This document shows, piece after piece, positions 46,962-56,521 of a stretch of DNA of 64,000 nucleotides (positions within the stretch are counted from its first letter, which is position 1; each line of letters opens with the position of its first letter). Origin of the DNA: a virus; IMG/VR virus record IMGVR_UViG_3300028800_000059, positions 64,001 to 128,000 of that record; one strand, 5' to 3'. Position numbers and translations under genes: made by a program. The notes beneath the pieces are model-generated. The model ran no database searches, was not told the origin of the DNA, and saw only the letters and a program-made list of their open reading frames with translations.

Positions 46962-47171
46962 TTATTCCTCCATGATGGCATCAAGCAACTTGGGATTCAA
47001 TCCAATTACCAAAAGCATCTTTTTCATTGTCAGGATTTTCTTGGTGGCTCGTTCAACTATATCATGGTCGGCCATGCCGGCATGATTGCCTTCAGGATCG
47101 AGTACCTCGGCCAATATCTGCATTGGAAAATCCATTGCGTTTCGATATTCATCATTTGTCAATTTTGTCAT
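46962..47171 (-). CDS. Hypothetical protein
   Basis: 69 aa with RBS. Confidence 0.55.
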   Translation of the reverse strand: MTKLTNDEYRNAMDFPMQILAEVLDPEGNHAGMADHDIVERATKKILTMKKMLLVIGLNPKLLDAIMEE

Positions 47172-47181
47172 TTTCGTTTTC

Positions 47182-48438
47182 CTAGAAGGCCAAAGGATCG
47201 TCAGTGGTCTTATTCACTCCCGAAGTCTTTGGCGCGGCTGCCGGGGCCGTGACCTTGGCATCAATCCGAGTGTAGAACTTGATGAAACTGTCCCGGCTTT
47301 CCGTATCAAACCGCGCCAGGCAGAGCGTCAAAGCCTTCATCCGATCCAGACCAAAGATTGAGTAAGCCTTGCAGATATCCACGAGACGCCGGGTCGAAAT
47401 CAGTTCCGAAACACCGCCGTCCTTATACGTCTTACGAACAAGGTCGGCCCATTCCGTCAGGATGTTTACAAATTCCTCACCCTGGTCGTCCCAAGTCCCT
47501 TCCTTTTTCAGAACATGGGTCAGAATCTGGGTTTCGATTTTCGGCGTGGGATAATCCTGTTCCATCGTGATAGAGAACCGATCAAGAAACGCCTCATTCA
47601 TGATGTTGGTCCCGATGAAACGCCCATTATCGTTTCCCCGCCCCTTGGTGTTCGCCGTAGCGACCACCGTAAACCCGGGCTGGGGATGAACGATTTTATT
47701 GATCTTCTTAATAAAGATCGGCCGCCCTTCAAGAACCGGCTGGAGACACATCAGCTTGGACGACCCAAGGTCGACCTCGTCCAGCAGAAGAACCGCGCCG
47801 CGTTCCATTGCGACCACGACTGGCCCGTTGTGCCAGACAGTCTTGCCGTCTTGCAAACGAAAACCGCCGATCAAATCATCTTCATCCGTTTCGGCGATCA
47901 CGTTGACCCGGATCATTTCACGATCCATATTCGCGCAAGCCTGCTCCGGGATCATCGTTTTCCCGTTACCAGTCTCACCCGTCAGATAGATCGGATAGAA
48001 CCGCTTCGAAGCAATGATGCCGGCGATATCCTTGTAATTCCCGAACGGGACATAGCCCTGGAACTTTTCGGGGACAAGTGAAACATGATGCACCATCGTC
48101 CCAGTACCACCATCGTCGGCCAGATTATCAGCGGCCGTATTTGCCGACTCAGTCGGCCCGGCAACAGCAACAGTCTGAATCATTGCCGGCGCTGGCATGA
48201 TTGACTTACTGCGCCGTGCTCCCTTACCAGAAGCAAGCGGAGGAGTCTGCCGCGCGAAAGAATAAACGCCGCGACTGACCTTATGAGCATCGCCAGCAAT
48301 CAGCCACCACGGAACAGGCAGCTTGTGTTTGGCGACTGTTTCGAAAACCTGAGGACGACTCAATTGAGTGACCTCCGGACCATGATCTACTTTCGCGGCG
48401 TCAATAAACGCCTTGCGTTCCTCGGGACTAGCAGCCAT
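47182..48438 (-). CDS. CobS/MoxR-like AAA+ ATPase
   Basis: TGETGNGKT, ETDEDDLIGG, NGPVVVAM, LLDEVD, ATANTKG, NEAFLDRF. Confidence 0.92.
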   Translation of the reverse strand: MAASPEERKAFIDAAKVDHGPEVTQLSRPQVFETVAKHKLPVPWWLIAGDAHKVSRGVYSFARQTPPLASGKGARRSKSIMPAPAMIQTVAVAGPTESANTAADNLADDGGTGTMVHHVSLVPEKFQGYVPFGNYKDIAGIIASKRFYPIYLTGETGNGKTMIPEQACANMDREMIRVNVIAETDEDDLIGGFRLQDGKTVWHNGPVVVAMERGAVLLLDEVDLGSSKLMCLQPVLEGRPIFIKKINKIVHPQPGFTVVATANTKGRGNDNGRFIGTNIMNEAFLDRFSITMEQDYPTPKIETQILTHVLKKEGTWDDQGEEFVNILTEWADLVRKTYKDGGVSELISTRRLVDICKAYSIFGLDRMKALTLCLARFDTESRDSFIKFYTRIDAKVTAPAAAPKTSGVNKTTDDPLAF

Positions 48439-48519
48439 TTCTATTTCCTCTCTCGTTTGCCATTTGTAACAATTTCAAAAAAAGTATCTCACAAAACCAG
48501 ACGATATCCAACAACTATT

Positions 48520-48726
48520 TTACAGTTTTACACGTTTAGTTCGGCCACCATTCAAATCAAACTGCCATATCTTGAATTTGCAATAAGGATAAAGGGGCTG
48601 TTTGACTTTGATATGTTGCTTGGCTGCCTTGAGTGAAGTGAAAAGTTCAAAACGAAGATTTCTCTCTCGCCTTCGGCATCCATCATGTCTACAGCATACT
48701 TGTCGAACATGGAAAACTCCTTTCAT
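48520..48726 (-). CDS. Hypothetical protein
   Basis: Short ORF in the divergent region; start uncertain. Confidence 0.35.
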   Translation of the reverse strand: MKGVFHVRQVCCRHDGCRRRERNLRFELFTSLKAAKQHIKVKQPLYPYCKFKIWQFDLNGGRTKRVKL

Positions 48727-49111
48727 ATTACAAAATCATTATATCATAGAAATCAATGACATGCCATTATATTTTATGACTATTTTCGATGATAAATTGT
48801 AATTTTGTTACTGAGCGGTTTTCCGGGCTCTAGGGCGGCTTTGACACATATGGACTTATGATTGCCTATAAAACAATGTCTAGACCGCCCCACGACCCTC
48901 TAATGAGACTGGATTTTCCTGGCTCTATTAGACGGTCACTGGGTGGTTTTGATAGCGCGGCATAGGGCTTCACACATACCCCTCTGCCATCGTTGCCGTA
49001 GCGCCTTCTAATGAGCCCGCATTTTAATTGCCAAAAATCTTAAAACAACGCAATCATATTTCTACCCATTGTGTTACACTACATTTGCGTTTTGAGAAAC
49101 AGGAGAAAATC

Positions 49112-49294
49112 ATGGCTAAGGTATTTGTGCTTCCTGCCGATGCAAAGACCCGTCCGGCATCTATTGCCCAGCGTGTCTTTCTGGCGAGGCTTGAACACAA
49201 GGTCAACACTGGTGAGGAAATGACCATGTATCAGGCTGCGGAACGTATTGCTGCCGCGAAGGGCGAACCTGTCGCCCAGATGAAGGCAGCGTAA
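49112..49294 (+). CDS. Small hypothetical protein
   Basis: AGGAG RBS before MAKVFV. Confidence 0.6.
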   Translation: MAKVFVLPADAKTRPASIAQRVFLARLEHKVNTGEEMTMYQAAERIAAAKGEPVAQMKAA

Positions 49295-49531
49295 AATGCG
49301 CCGGAAGATGAGTCGTTGGAAGAGATTCAAGAAATGGTTCTTCCGAGTGGAAGAAAAATATGGTCCTTGGGGCGGAATGCCCTGGTAGAGTCGCCCTGCG
49401 GCTCGGGCATAGAGCCGTGTTTTACTTGGGGAAGAATTGCTGCGGTTTGCGTGTTTTGGGTTTTCCCATTCCCATGACAGTTATGCAAAATCAGCGCGAC
49501 TCTTCCTCCTTTTTTGTGAGATAATGCCCCT

Positions 49532-51820
49532 ATGAACAATTCATTCAATCAATCTCAGGACATGCTCGCCAAACTGATGGCGAGTGAAAATTTAATCGTA
49601 TCCCGTAAGGCTGGGGTCGCAACAGCGTCCTTCACGCCCAAAACTCGGACACTGGTTCTGCCAATGTGGAATCATCTGAGTGAATCGGTCGAGGATGCTT
49701 TGATCGGTCACGAAATCGGTCATGCTCTTTATACTCCGGCGACGGAAGATGATTTGGCTCATGCCAAAAGGATCGATCCGAAACAATTGAAAGCGGCTCA
49801 TTCGTTTGTGAATGTGACGGAAGATGCTCGTATCGAAAAACTGGTCAAGCGTAAGTATCCAGGGATGCGGCGCATTTTCAATGAGGGTTATGCCGAATTG
49901 GAATCGAAAAACTTCTTCGGTACTAAGGAGAAGTTTGTCGAGGACATGCGGCTAATCGACCGCATCAATCTTCACTTCAAATTAGGGGCTTCATACGGTA
50001 TTCCTTTCTTCAACAAGGAAGAAAAGAAGCTGGTCGATTTGGTCGCGGCTTCTGAAACGTTTGACCAGGCCATCGAGGCAGCCAAGGCCGTCTGGGTCTA
50101 TATGAACGAACAGAATCAGGAGGAAGAAGAAAATTCTCCTGGTGGCGAAGGTGAGGGCGGTCAGCCCGGCGATGAGGAAAAAGAAAGCGACAAATCTGGT
50201 AAGAGCCAGAAGAAATCTTCCTCGCCCGATAAGGACGGGAAAGAGAAAAAAGAAAAGGGATCGGCGCCGTCGGATGGCGAAGGCGAAAACAAAGATGAGG
50301 ATGGCGAAGGCGAAAGTGCCGGGGCCGACGGCGACGGCGAGGATGAAAGCGATGATAAATCGTCGGGCGGTCAGGACGATGGCGACGGCGAGGATGAAGG
50401 CAAAAACAATAATCCATCTGGCGATCAAAACGAAAGTGGTGGTAATAAAAAAGGCAAGGGTTCGGCGCCAGCAATGGCCGAGGCCGAGACTGACAAAGCT
50501 TCGAAGGAAGCCTTTGAAAAATTGGTCAATAACAAAGCTACTGACCCCATTTATATCAATCTGCAAAAGAAGGTCGATCTAAAGAATTATGTTCAGCCTT
50601 GGGAGAAACTTTACAAGGCGTTGGATAATTACTGGGTCAAGCTGGATGTGCGCGACCAAGAAGTTAGAAACAATCAATTCAAAAACTTCCGGGCTTCGGC
50701 ACTCAAAGTAGTGTCGCATATGGCCAAGGAATTTGAAGCCAAGAAAGCGGCTCGGTCGTATGCTCGGACTCAAATCTCAAAAACGGGTGTGATTAACACG
50801 AATAAGTTGTTTGCCGCGACCTACTCCGAAGATATTTTCAAGCGGGTAGCGGTCGTGCCGCATGGCAAGAATCATGCTCTGGTCATGTATGTGGATTGGT
50901 CGTCGTCCATGGCAGGCAATTTGCAAGAAACCTTGCAGCAATTGATGAACCTGATTTATTTCTGCCGTAAGATCAACATTCATTTCGAGGTCTATGCCTT
51001 TCAGGATGGATCAATGATCTATCAGAATGGATATAATGGCGAAAACCAGAACGAAGGAATGGCCGCTGGACAAGGATTGACCTTGCTCAATCTGTTTTCC
51101 TCGAAAATGAATAATCAACAGTTGGATCATATGGCGACCATGATGCTTTATGCTCGGGCCACGGCAAATCAGCCGGGAGAAGATCGGGTAAGTATTGGCA
51201 TGGGCGGGACGCCTTTAATCAAGGCGCTGGCTCTGATGCCGTGTGTTATCGAGGAACTTCAAAAGAGAACTCGGGCGGAAATCGTTCATGGAATTGTCCT
51301 GACGGACGGCGATGATACCCATGGAATGAATTATTGGTCCAAAGGAAGTTATGGTGGCAAGTTTAGTCAGCGGAGTAACGCCTACATTCTGCGCGATCCA
51401 GTGACCCGGCACGAAATTGATGTGGATAAGGCTGGCGGTCACTTAAAGGCTTTGATCCAGTTAATTCGGAAGCGGTGCAACGTCACCATGACTGGGTTCT
51501 TTCTCATGGATAATCCTACTGGCTGGTACATCGCCAACAAGGCCGGACTCGATAGGGGCGATCATACCGTGGTCGCAAAAATCAAACATGAAATGAAAGA
51601 GGAAGGTGTTTTCGCCGGGATCAATTCTGGATACGATGAATACTACTTCATTGATGCAACGCGGATGCGGGTTTCGGATACCAATATCATTGACACGATT
51701 ACGGTCCATGATACCAAGGCTGCCATGAAGAAAAAGTTCCAAAAGCATTTCGAAAATCTGAAAATCAATCGGCAGATCATGACGCGGTTCATTCATCGGA
51801 TCGCAAAGCATATGGAGTAA
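49532..51820 (+). CDS. CobT-like protein: HExxH domain, acidic linker, vWA domain
   Basis: GHEIGHA, NVTEDARIE, D/E/G-rich linker, VDWSSSM MIDAS, GGTPL, LTDG. Confidence 0.88.
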   Translation: MNNSFNQSQDMLAKLMASENLIVSRKAGVATASFTPKTRTLVLPMWNHLSESVEDALIGHEIGHALYTPATEDDLAHAKRIDPKQLKAAHSFVNVTEDARIEKLVKRKYPGMRRIFNEGYAELESKNFFGTKEKFVEDMRLIDRINLHFKLGASYGIPFFNKEEKKLVDLVAASETFDQAIEAAKAVWVYMNEQNQEEEENSPGGEGEGGQPGDEEKESDKSGKSQKKSSSPDKDGKEKKEKGSAPSDGEGENKDEDGEGESAGADGDGEDESDDKSSGGQDDGDGEDEGKNNNPSGDQNESGGNKKGKGSAPAMAEAETDKASKEAFEKLVNNKATDPIYINLQKKVDLKNYVQPWEKLYKALDNYWVKLDVRDQEVRNNQFKNFRASALKVVSHMAKEFEAKKAARSYARTQISKTGVINTNKLFAATYSEDIFKRVAVVPHGKNHALVMYVDWSSSMAGNLQETLQQLMNLIYFCRKINIHFEVYAFQDGSMIYQNGYNGENQNEGMAAGQGLTLLNLFSSKMNNQQLDHMATMMLYARATANQPGEDRVSIGMGGTPLIKALALMPCVIEELQKRTRAEIVHGIVLTDGDDTHGMNYWSKGSYGGKFSQRSNAYILRDPVTRHEIDVDKAGGHLKALIQLIRKRCNVTMTGFFLMDNPTGWYIANKAGLDRGDHTVVAKIKHEMKEEGVFAGINSGYDEYYFIDATRMRVSDTNIIDTITVHDTKAAMKKKFQKHFENLKINRQIMTRFIHRIAKHME

Positions 51821-51825
51821 AGGAA

Positions 51826-52068
51826 ATGTCAACTGATTACAAATCAAGTCACGGTTTCATGAATGTTAAATGGTCCTCTGTTAAAGAATATGCAGGACTA
51901 ATGAAACAATTCCAAACGATGAAATGTAAAGAAGTTGATTCAATAGAAATTAAACGTCAAGGAGAAGACAGTGTTGAAATTTCCGTCACAAAAAATAATG
52001 AAATCCAATATGTTTTGATTCAAATGGAAGATGAAAAGCTAACCTTGCGAACTGAGGCATTGCAATAA
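51826..52068 (+). CDS. Hypothetical protein
   Basis: AAGGA RBS. Confidence 0.5.
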   Translation: MSTDYKSSHGFMNVKWSSVKEYAGLMKQFQTMKCKEVDSIEIKRQGEDSVEISVTKNNEIQYVLIQMEDEKLTLRTEALQ

Positions 52069-52083
52069 AGGAGTAAAGGAAAA

Positions 52084-52311
52084 ATGGACGAGAATTTTGA
52101 AAAGGTAATGGACTTTATTTTCAAGCTTCGAGACAAACGCCTAAAGCAAATGAATCAGACAGACAGTAAGTCCACTGAAATGTGGGCCGCCACCAGCGTA
52201 TGCACGTTGGACGATGTTTATGGATATATGGTTGCTCTAAAGGCAAAAAACGAAGGACGCGGTGATAGTTGGACCGATCATATTCTAGAGGCGGGGATTC
52301 TTCAACAATGA
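52084..52311 (+). CDS. Hypothetical protein
   Basis: AAGGA RBS. Confidence 0.55.
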   Translation: MDENFEKVMDFIFKLRDKRLKQMNQTDSKSTEMWAATSVCTLDDVYGYMVALKAKNEGRGDSWTDHILEAGILQQ

Positions 52312-52411
52312 AACAGTTTCTAGTTGATTTTATTGTATGGGCCTGGCCCGTCATGCCTCGGCGCTTTCGCCTGTGGGCTTTCCTAAATGATGATATGGAC
52401 GAATTGAAGGA

Positions 52412-54013
52412 CTAAGGTTTGTAGAACACAAACACTGGCTCATATTTTCGATACAATCCATTCACGCGACAAATATTTTTCGTTGTCGCCTTAATATCCC
52501 CATTTTCATCGGTCACTAATCTATTCCCTCCCGGCATTTGGCTCATAGCCATTTTCTCCACGCCGCGATATTCCATGCCTAGATCGGTAAGTATATTGAT
52601 AGAGTCCTGTTCGAGTGGCAGGCGCTCCCCGGAGAAAACCACATCTGCAATATTCCACAAGAGATATCTATCGTTCCGGAGCCAATGGAATGCCGTCCAG
52701 AGTGTAGGTTCCAAAAAGCCTTTTTTCCAGGCATCATATTGTCCAAATTTTTTATAGGATTGTCCTTCATCTTCTGAATAAGCCTCCTTCGAAAAATATG
52801 GTGGGCTAGTGAACACCATATCCACTTTCCCTTTCCACTTCTGGAAGTTTTTGTCCTGAGCAATTTCCTCAGACCCTAACTGATAAATTTCATAGGAATT
52901 CAGATGGGGAAAAAGTGACGAGCCCTTATTAGTTTTATCATTAAAAAAATCAGCCAATTCGTGATATTTCGTCCGGCCGCCCACAGTATCATGATCCCGA
53001 TTAGGATCAGTACCGATATAATGAATGTTCCGATCATCGATAGAAAGAGCGCCAAGAAGACGGCCACCCCAACCAGCAGAAGGGTCATATAAAACCACTG
53101 TCTCATTGTTTTTGCAATGCTCCGTATATTTTCCATAGAGATATTTAGCCGTTAGTGGAGGGAAGTTAGTCGCATACTGACAATACGACACGCGAAACGC
53201 CTTCAGACCAATTGGGAAAAGTTTTTGGCCGTGTTTGAAGACTCGGATATTGTATGTCTTATGTTTGCTGCCCGCCACATTAGTCAGAGCCTTGGCTGGA
53301 ATAATATTCTGTAAAACAAACAAATCAGCCTCATTCAAAAAGAAATTTTTTCGATCTTTGAGTTCCTGATTATATCCTGTGTATGTTGCTGCCTCTTCCT
53401 TGGGCGCAATCCAATAGTCCCATTCTCCATGGGCACGATATTTTTTCTCGAATGTTTGAATCCAATCCTGGGCGTCCCTGGTGCAAGGAAGAAATTCGAC
53501 ACTTTCTTTATCCATAACCTTAGCAGGATTTGAATAGGCATAAAAAGAATCTCGCTTAAAATGCCGCGATGCATAGGTTACGAAGGTGTCTAGGAGGATT
53601 GGGTCGGCAAAGTAATCATAGATAGATCGCCCGGCATCAGGGTCTTTCGTGTAGTTAATACGAGTTTTCATCATGGTTGGAAAGAAACCATTGATTACGC
53701 CCGACATTTCAGACTGTGTGTTGTGAATGATATCGTTGTTGCCAGTCAGTTCATCCTTGACCACGAATTCATTGACTGGATAACCAATCATATGGTTCAT
53801 AAGATCGATCATGGTTTCTTCGGACTTGCCTACAACAGGTGGCGTGCCCAACTTGTCCCAGGCATACACGACCACTTCCCGCAGTTCGACACACCACTGG
53901 CGAAATTCGTCTTTGGACATCCATAGGACCTGTTCAAAGGTCTTGTTGACCTCGTGATTTAACAGATAGGTATTTTTCTCATAGAAAAATTTATTCGCCA
54001 TCAAGGGTTCCAT
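52412..54013 (-). CDS. Amino-methyltransferase-like protein with long N-terminal region
   Basis: YDPSAGWGGRL (motif I variant), IGTDPN, FTSPPY, LWNIAD. Confidence 0.8.
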   Translation of the reverse strand: MEPLMANKFFYEKNTYLLNHEVNKTFEQVLWMSKDEFRQWCVELREVVVYAWDKLGTPPVVGKSEETMIDLMNHMIGYPVNEFVVKDELTGNNDIIHNTQSEMSGVINGFFPTMMKTRINYTKDPDAGRSIYDYFADPILLDTFVTYASRHFKRDSFYAYSNPAKVMDKESVEFLPCTRDAQDWIQTFEKKYRAHGEWDYWIAPKEEAATYTGYNQELKDRKNFFLNEADLFVLQNIIPAKALTNVAGSKHKTYNIRVFKHGQKLFPIGLKAFRVSYCQYATNFPPLTAKYLYGKYTEHCKNNETVVLYDPSAGWGGRLLGALSIDDRNIHYIGTDPNRDHDTVGGRTKYHELADFFNDKTNKGSSLFPHLNSYEIYQLGSEEIAQDKNFQKWKGKVDMVFTSPPYFSKEAYSEDEGQSYKKFGQYDAWKKGFLEPTLWTAFHWLRNDRYLLWNIADVVFSGERLPLEQDSINILTDLGMEYRGVEKMAMSQMPGGNRLVTDENGDIKATTKNICRVNGLYRKYEPVFVFYKP

Positions 54014-54395
54014 ATTCTCTTTCTAATCGTTCTAATGAATCTTGAAGTTTAGCATAGGCCTTTGGTGCTGTCAAATCCATTTTGGAAAGACCTGTACCAA
54101 CACCATCAGTAGGAATAATAACGGTCTGTCCAAGTTTTAAATGTAATTCAATTTGTTTAATGGGAAATATTATTTGATCCCAAAATTTATCAATTTGTGA
54201 ATCCATAAAAAATGATTCGACAGTTCTTTCAGGTTTCCATTTGGTTGGAATTCCTATGGCATTTGGCTCGCCGCGCATTTCTTTTGCCTGACCACCCAGA
54301 CCTCGACGCTGCATATTATCTCCAAACACATAAATTGTTTTGGGATTATCCTGTAGATTTTTTCTTGTAATCCATTTTTGATGTTTGATTGGCAT
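53991..54395 (-). CDS. Conserved phage hypothetical protein
   Basis: YVFGDN..R.G.GGQA..RG.PNA.GIPTK..G.GTGL pattern. Confidence 0.65.
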   Translation of the reverse strand: MPIKHQKWITRKNLQDNPKTIYVFGDNMQRRGLGGQAKEMRGEPNAIGIPTKWKPERTVESFFMDSQIDKFWDQIIFPIKQIELHLKLGQTVIIPTDGVGTGLSKMDLTAPKAYAKLQDSLERLEREYGTLDGE

Positions 54396-55169
54396 TTAAG
54401 CACCTACATTCCAAAATAACGCACCACTTGATGCATACGCCTTTACAAAACTCCAAGCCTTGGCATCATACGTAGGTGCCGAAGGAAACGGAGGAATATC
54501 ATCGCCTTTCACAGGGCGATCAAATTTATATGGCGACACCCAAAGCTTGGCTCGTCCAATCTGTTCCGGTTTCATCTTATGCCCAACCTGCACCACGTTG
54601 AAATTTGCGTTAGGCCAGGCCAATTGCAGACCACGAGAAAGAGTTCCACTTGATCCTACTGTCCAAACCTCTTTGGGTTTGATATCGATTGCCTGCGCGA
54701 CCTTCACAATGGCTTGTAGAATAACAGGGTGTTCCAACCCAAGCGGAAGTACCATTCGTCTAGTAGGCTCCACGATGGCATATTCTCTGGCGCGGGCCTG
54801 AGTCACATTCAACATACCATCAGGAACCCAATGATATTCAGCACCCAAAGCAATTCCTTTTTTCTGATAATCCGTATAATTTTCTGGGTCTCGTTTCGCC
54901 ATGAAAAGAATAGTTCGTTTTCCATATTTCGAACAGGCTGCCGGCAAAGATATTTGGGCATATCCTGTTGCTGGACACGACCCAAAGACCCATTTATCAA
55001 TTTTTGGATAGGCATTAATCAGCGCATCAAGGAAACGAATCTTTGATCCGTATCCAAGTTTATCGTCACGCACTACGTTGATATAACGATCATGATCAAT
55101 CGCAGTGGGTTCCACGTAAGGTTTAGGATATGGATCGTTCCACTTACTTATGTCGAATTGCATCTTCAA
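54396..55169 (-). CDS. Fold-type II PLP-dependent enzyme (ACC deaminase / D-Cys desulfhydrase-like)
   Basis: VVRDD..GSKIR (Schiff-base Lys), GSSGTL phosphate loop, PTYDAK. Confidence 0.8.
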   Translation of the reverse strand: MKMQFDISKWNDPYPKPYVEPTAIDHDRYINVVRDDKLGYGSKIRFLDALINAYPKIDKWVFGSCPATGYAQISLPAACSKYGKRTILFMAKRDPENYTDYQKKGIALGAEYHWVPDGMLNVTQARAREYAIVEPTRRMVLPLGLEHPVILQAIVKVAQAIDIKPKEVWTVGSSGTLSRGLQLAWPNANFNVVQVGHKMKPEQIGRAKLWVSPYKFDRPVKGDDIPPFPSAPTYDAKAWSFVKAYASSGALFWNVGA

Positions 55170-55291
55170 TATCCTCTAGGCGTCGGTGAATTTTTTCAGT
55201 TTCCATAAGTAATCTGACCAACATATGGGGAGTTCCCATCAAATCCTGTTCGGCCAGTTTATTAAACTGTCTCAGAGTAAGTTTTAATTCT

Positions 55292-56521
55292 TCACTCGGC
55301 ATTTTCCATCCTTTGTATTAATTCAGGAGTCAACACAATGTCCACGACCAAATGAATACGATCCTCGGTTCCATTATTGATAGCGCGATGTGGCTTGCGA
55401 ATATCCAGATACCAACATTCGCCTTCTTTCATATTGACAGTGGTTGCCTTGCCATCAAAATCCCAGGACGTAAATTCAACACCAGGATTCGTCACAAGAG
55501 GGAAATGAAAACGCGCAAGTTTTCCAGGTGTCGCACCAAGATCAGGATCAACTTGATCGGTATGTCTTTCAAGTTCTCCGCCACCAGGCTTTAGTTTCAT
55601 TAAGCGAATGCGATGCACGTTGGTATAATCATCCTGTCCCAAAGATTTGAGAATAGGTTTTACGTGTTCCTCAAAGAAAGGCATGATGTAAGTATTTTGG
55701 ATGAAGAATTTTTCGTTCTTATGTTTCTCTTGCCACTTGGCATTCATTTCAATTGGTTTTTCAATGAAATTATAATCATTCTTATATCCACGAAGTGCCA
55801 GGGCACTCCAGGACCGTTCCTTGTTGTAATTGGAATAATGATCGGTGTAACTAATATCGAATCTGCGGCCATCAGGAAGTTGATTGGTAATATGTAATCC
55901 AAAATCTTTAATTGCCTTCCAATTGGCGGCACGAAACAAAACTCGTTTGACTCCAGTTTTTTCTAGTGGACTCAAAACAGGATGTTTACGGGGTTCCCAG
56001 GTTCCAGGCAAAGCGTAGATAGACGCCGGCATAGAATCTTCGCGGAAATAAATTCCCATGATCGATCCATAGGTGTCTATTTTCCCGCCAATATATTTGT
56101 AACCAATGGACAACAACATTTCATGTTTGGCTTGATCTTCACGCCAAGAATAAACCCAGGACGTTCCATAGGTAATCATAAACCAATTTTTGAACATTGC
56201 ATTTGAACAGGCGATGTGAGAATACACATTGTCGCCAGGCTCTTTATGGCCGATCACAACATCATCATAGGCAACGATATTGCCTTTAACCTTGACTCTT
56301 TTGACGCGCCAGATGGGTGTGTCTATACAACCTGTTTCATTAGAAAGTTTCAAATCCCCTTTTGATAAATCTTCGGCTATGCGATTTTTCTTATATTCAG
56401 CAAAGGGATTGCCACAGGCATACTTGTTATATTCGGCATAATGAGCCTCGATGGATTTTAGATAATCCAGGTCATATCCATGTTGCCATGGTTTAGTTTG
56501 TGCTGATAATGGTCCTGTCAT
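55292..56521 (-). CDS. Unknown (remotely GNAT-like) N-domain fused to a 2OG-Fe(II) Asp/Asn beta-hydroxylase-like domain
   Basis: RIRLMKL.PGG..RHTD, RFHFP..TN, GECWYLD.RKPH...N.G..DRIHLVVD. Confidence 0.8.
   Translation of the reverse strand: MTGPLSAQTKPWQHGYDLDYLKSIEAHYAEYNKYACGNPFAEYKKNRIAEDLSKGDLKLSNETGCIDTPIWRVKRVKVKGNIVAYDDVVIGHKEPGDNVYSHIACSNAMFKNWFMITYGTSWVYSWREDQAKHEMLLSIGYKYIGGKIDTYGSIMGIYFREDSMPASIYALPGTWEPRKHPVLSPLEKTGVKRVLFRAANWKAIKDFGLHITNQLPDGRRFDISYTDHYSNYNKERSWSALALRGYKNDYNFIEKPIEMNAKWQEKHKNEKFFIQNTYIMPFFEEHVKPILKSLGQDDYTNVHRIRLMKLKPGGGELERHTDQVDPDLGATPGKLARFHFPLVTNPGVEFTSWDFDGKATTVNMKEGECWYLDIRKPHRAINNGTEDRIHLVVDIVLTPELIQRMENAE

Noticed and set aside
48899-49020. CTAATGAG repeats as a hammerhead ribozyme core
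   Set aside because: Not CUGANGA, and no correctly placed GAAA or stem architecture.
47515-50566. Overlapping ORFs in cobS/cobT (47515-48081, 49991-50566, 50142-50582)
   Set aside because: Expected in GC-rich, low-complexity coding DNA; no independent signals.
47182-51820. Cobalamin biosynthesis auxiliary metabolism
   Set aside because: No cobN or other cob genes in the window; a MoxR/vWA chaperone role fits better.
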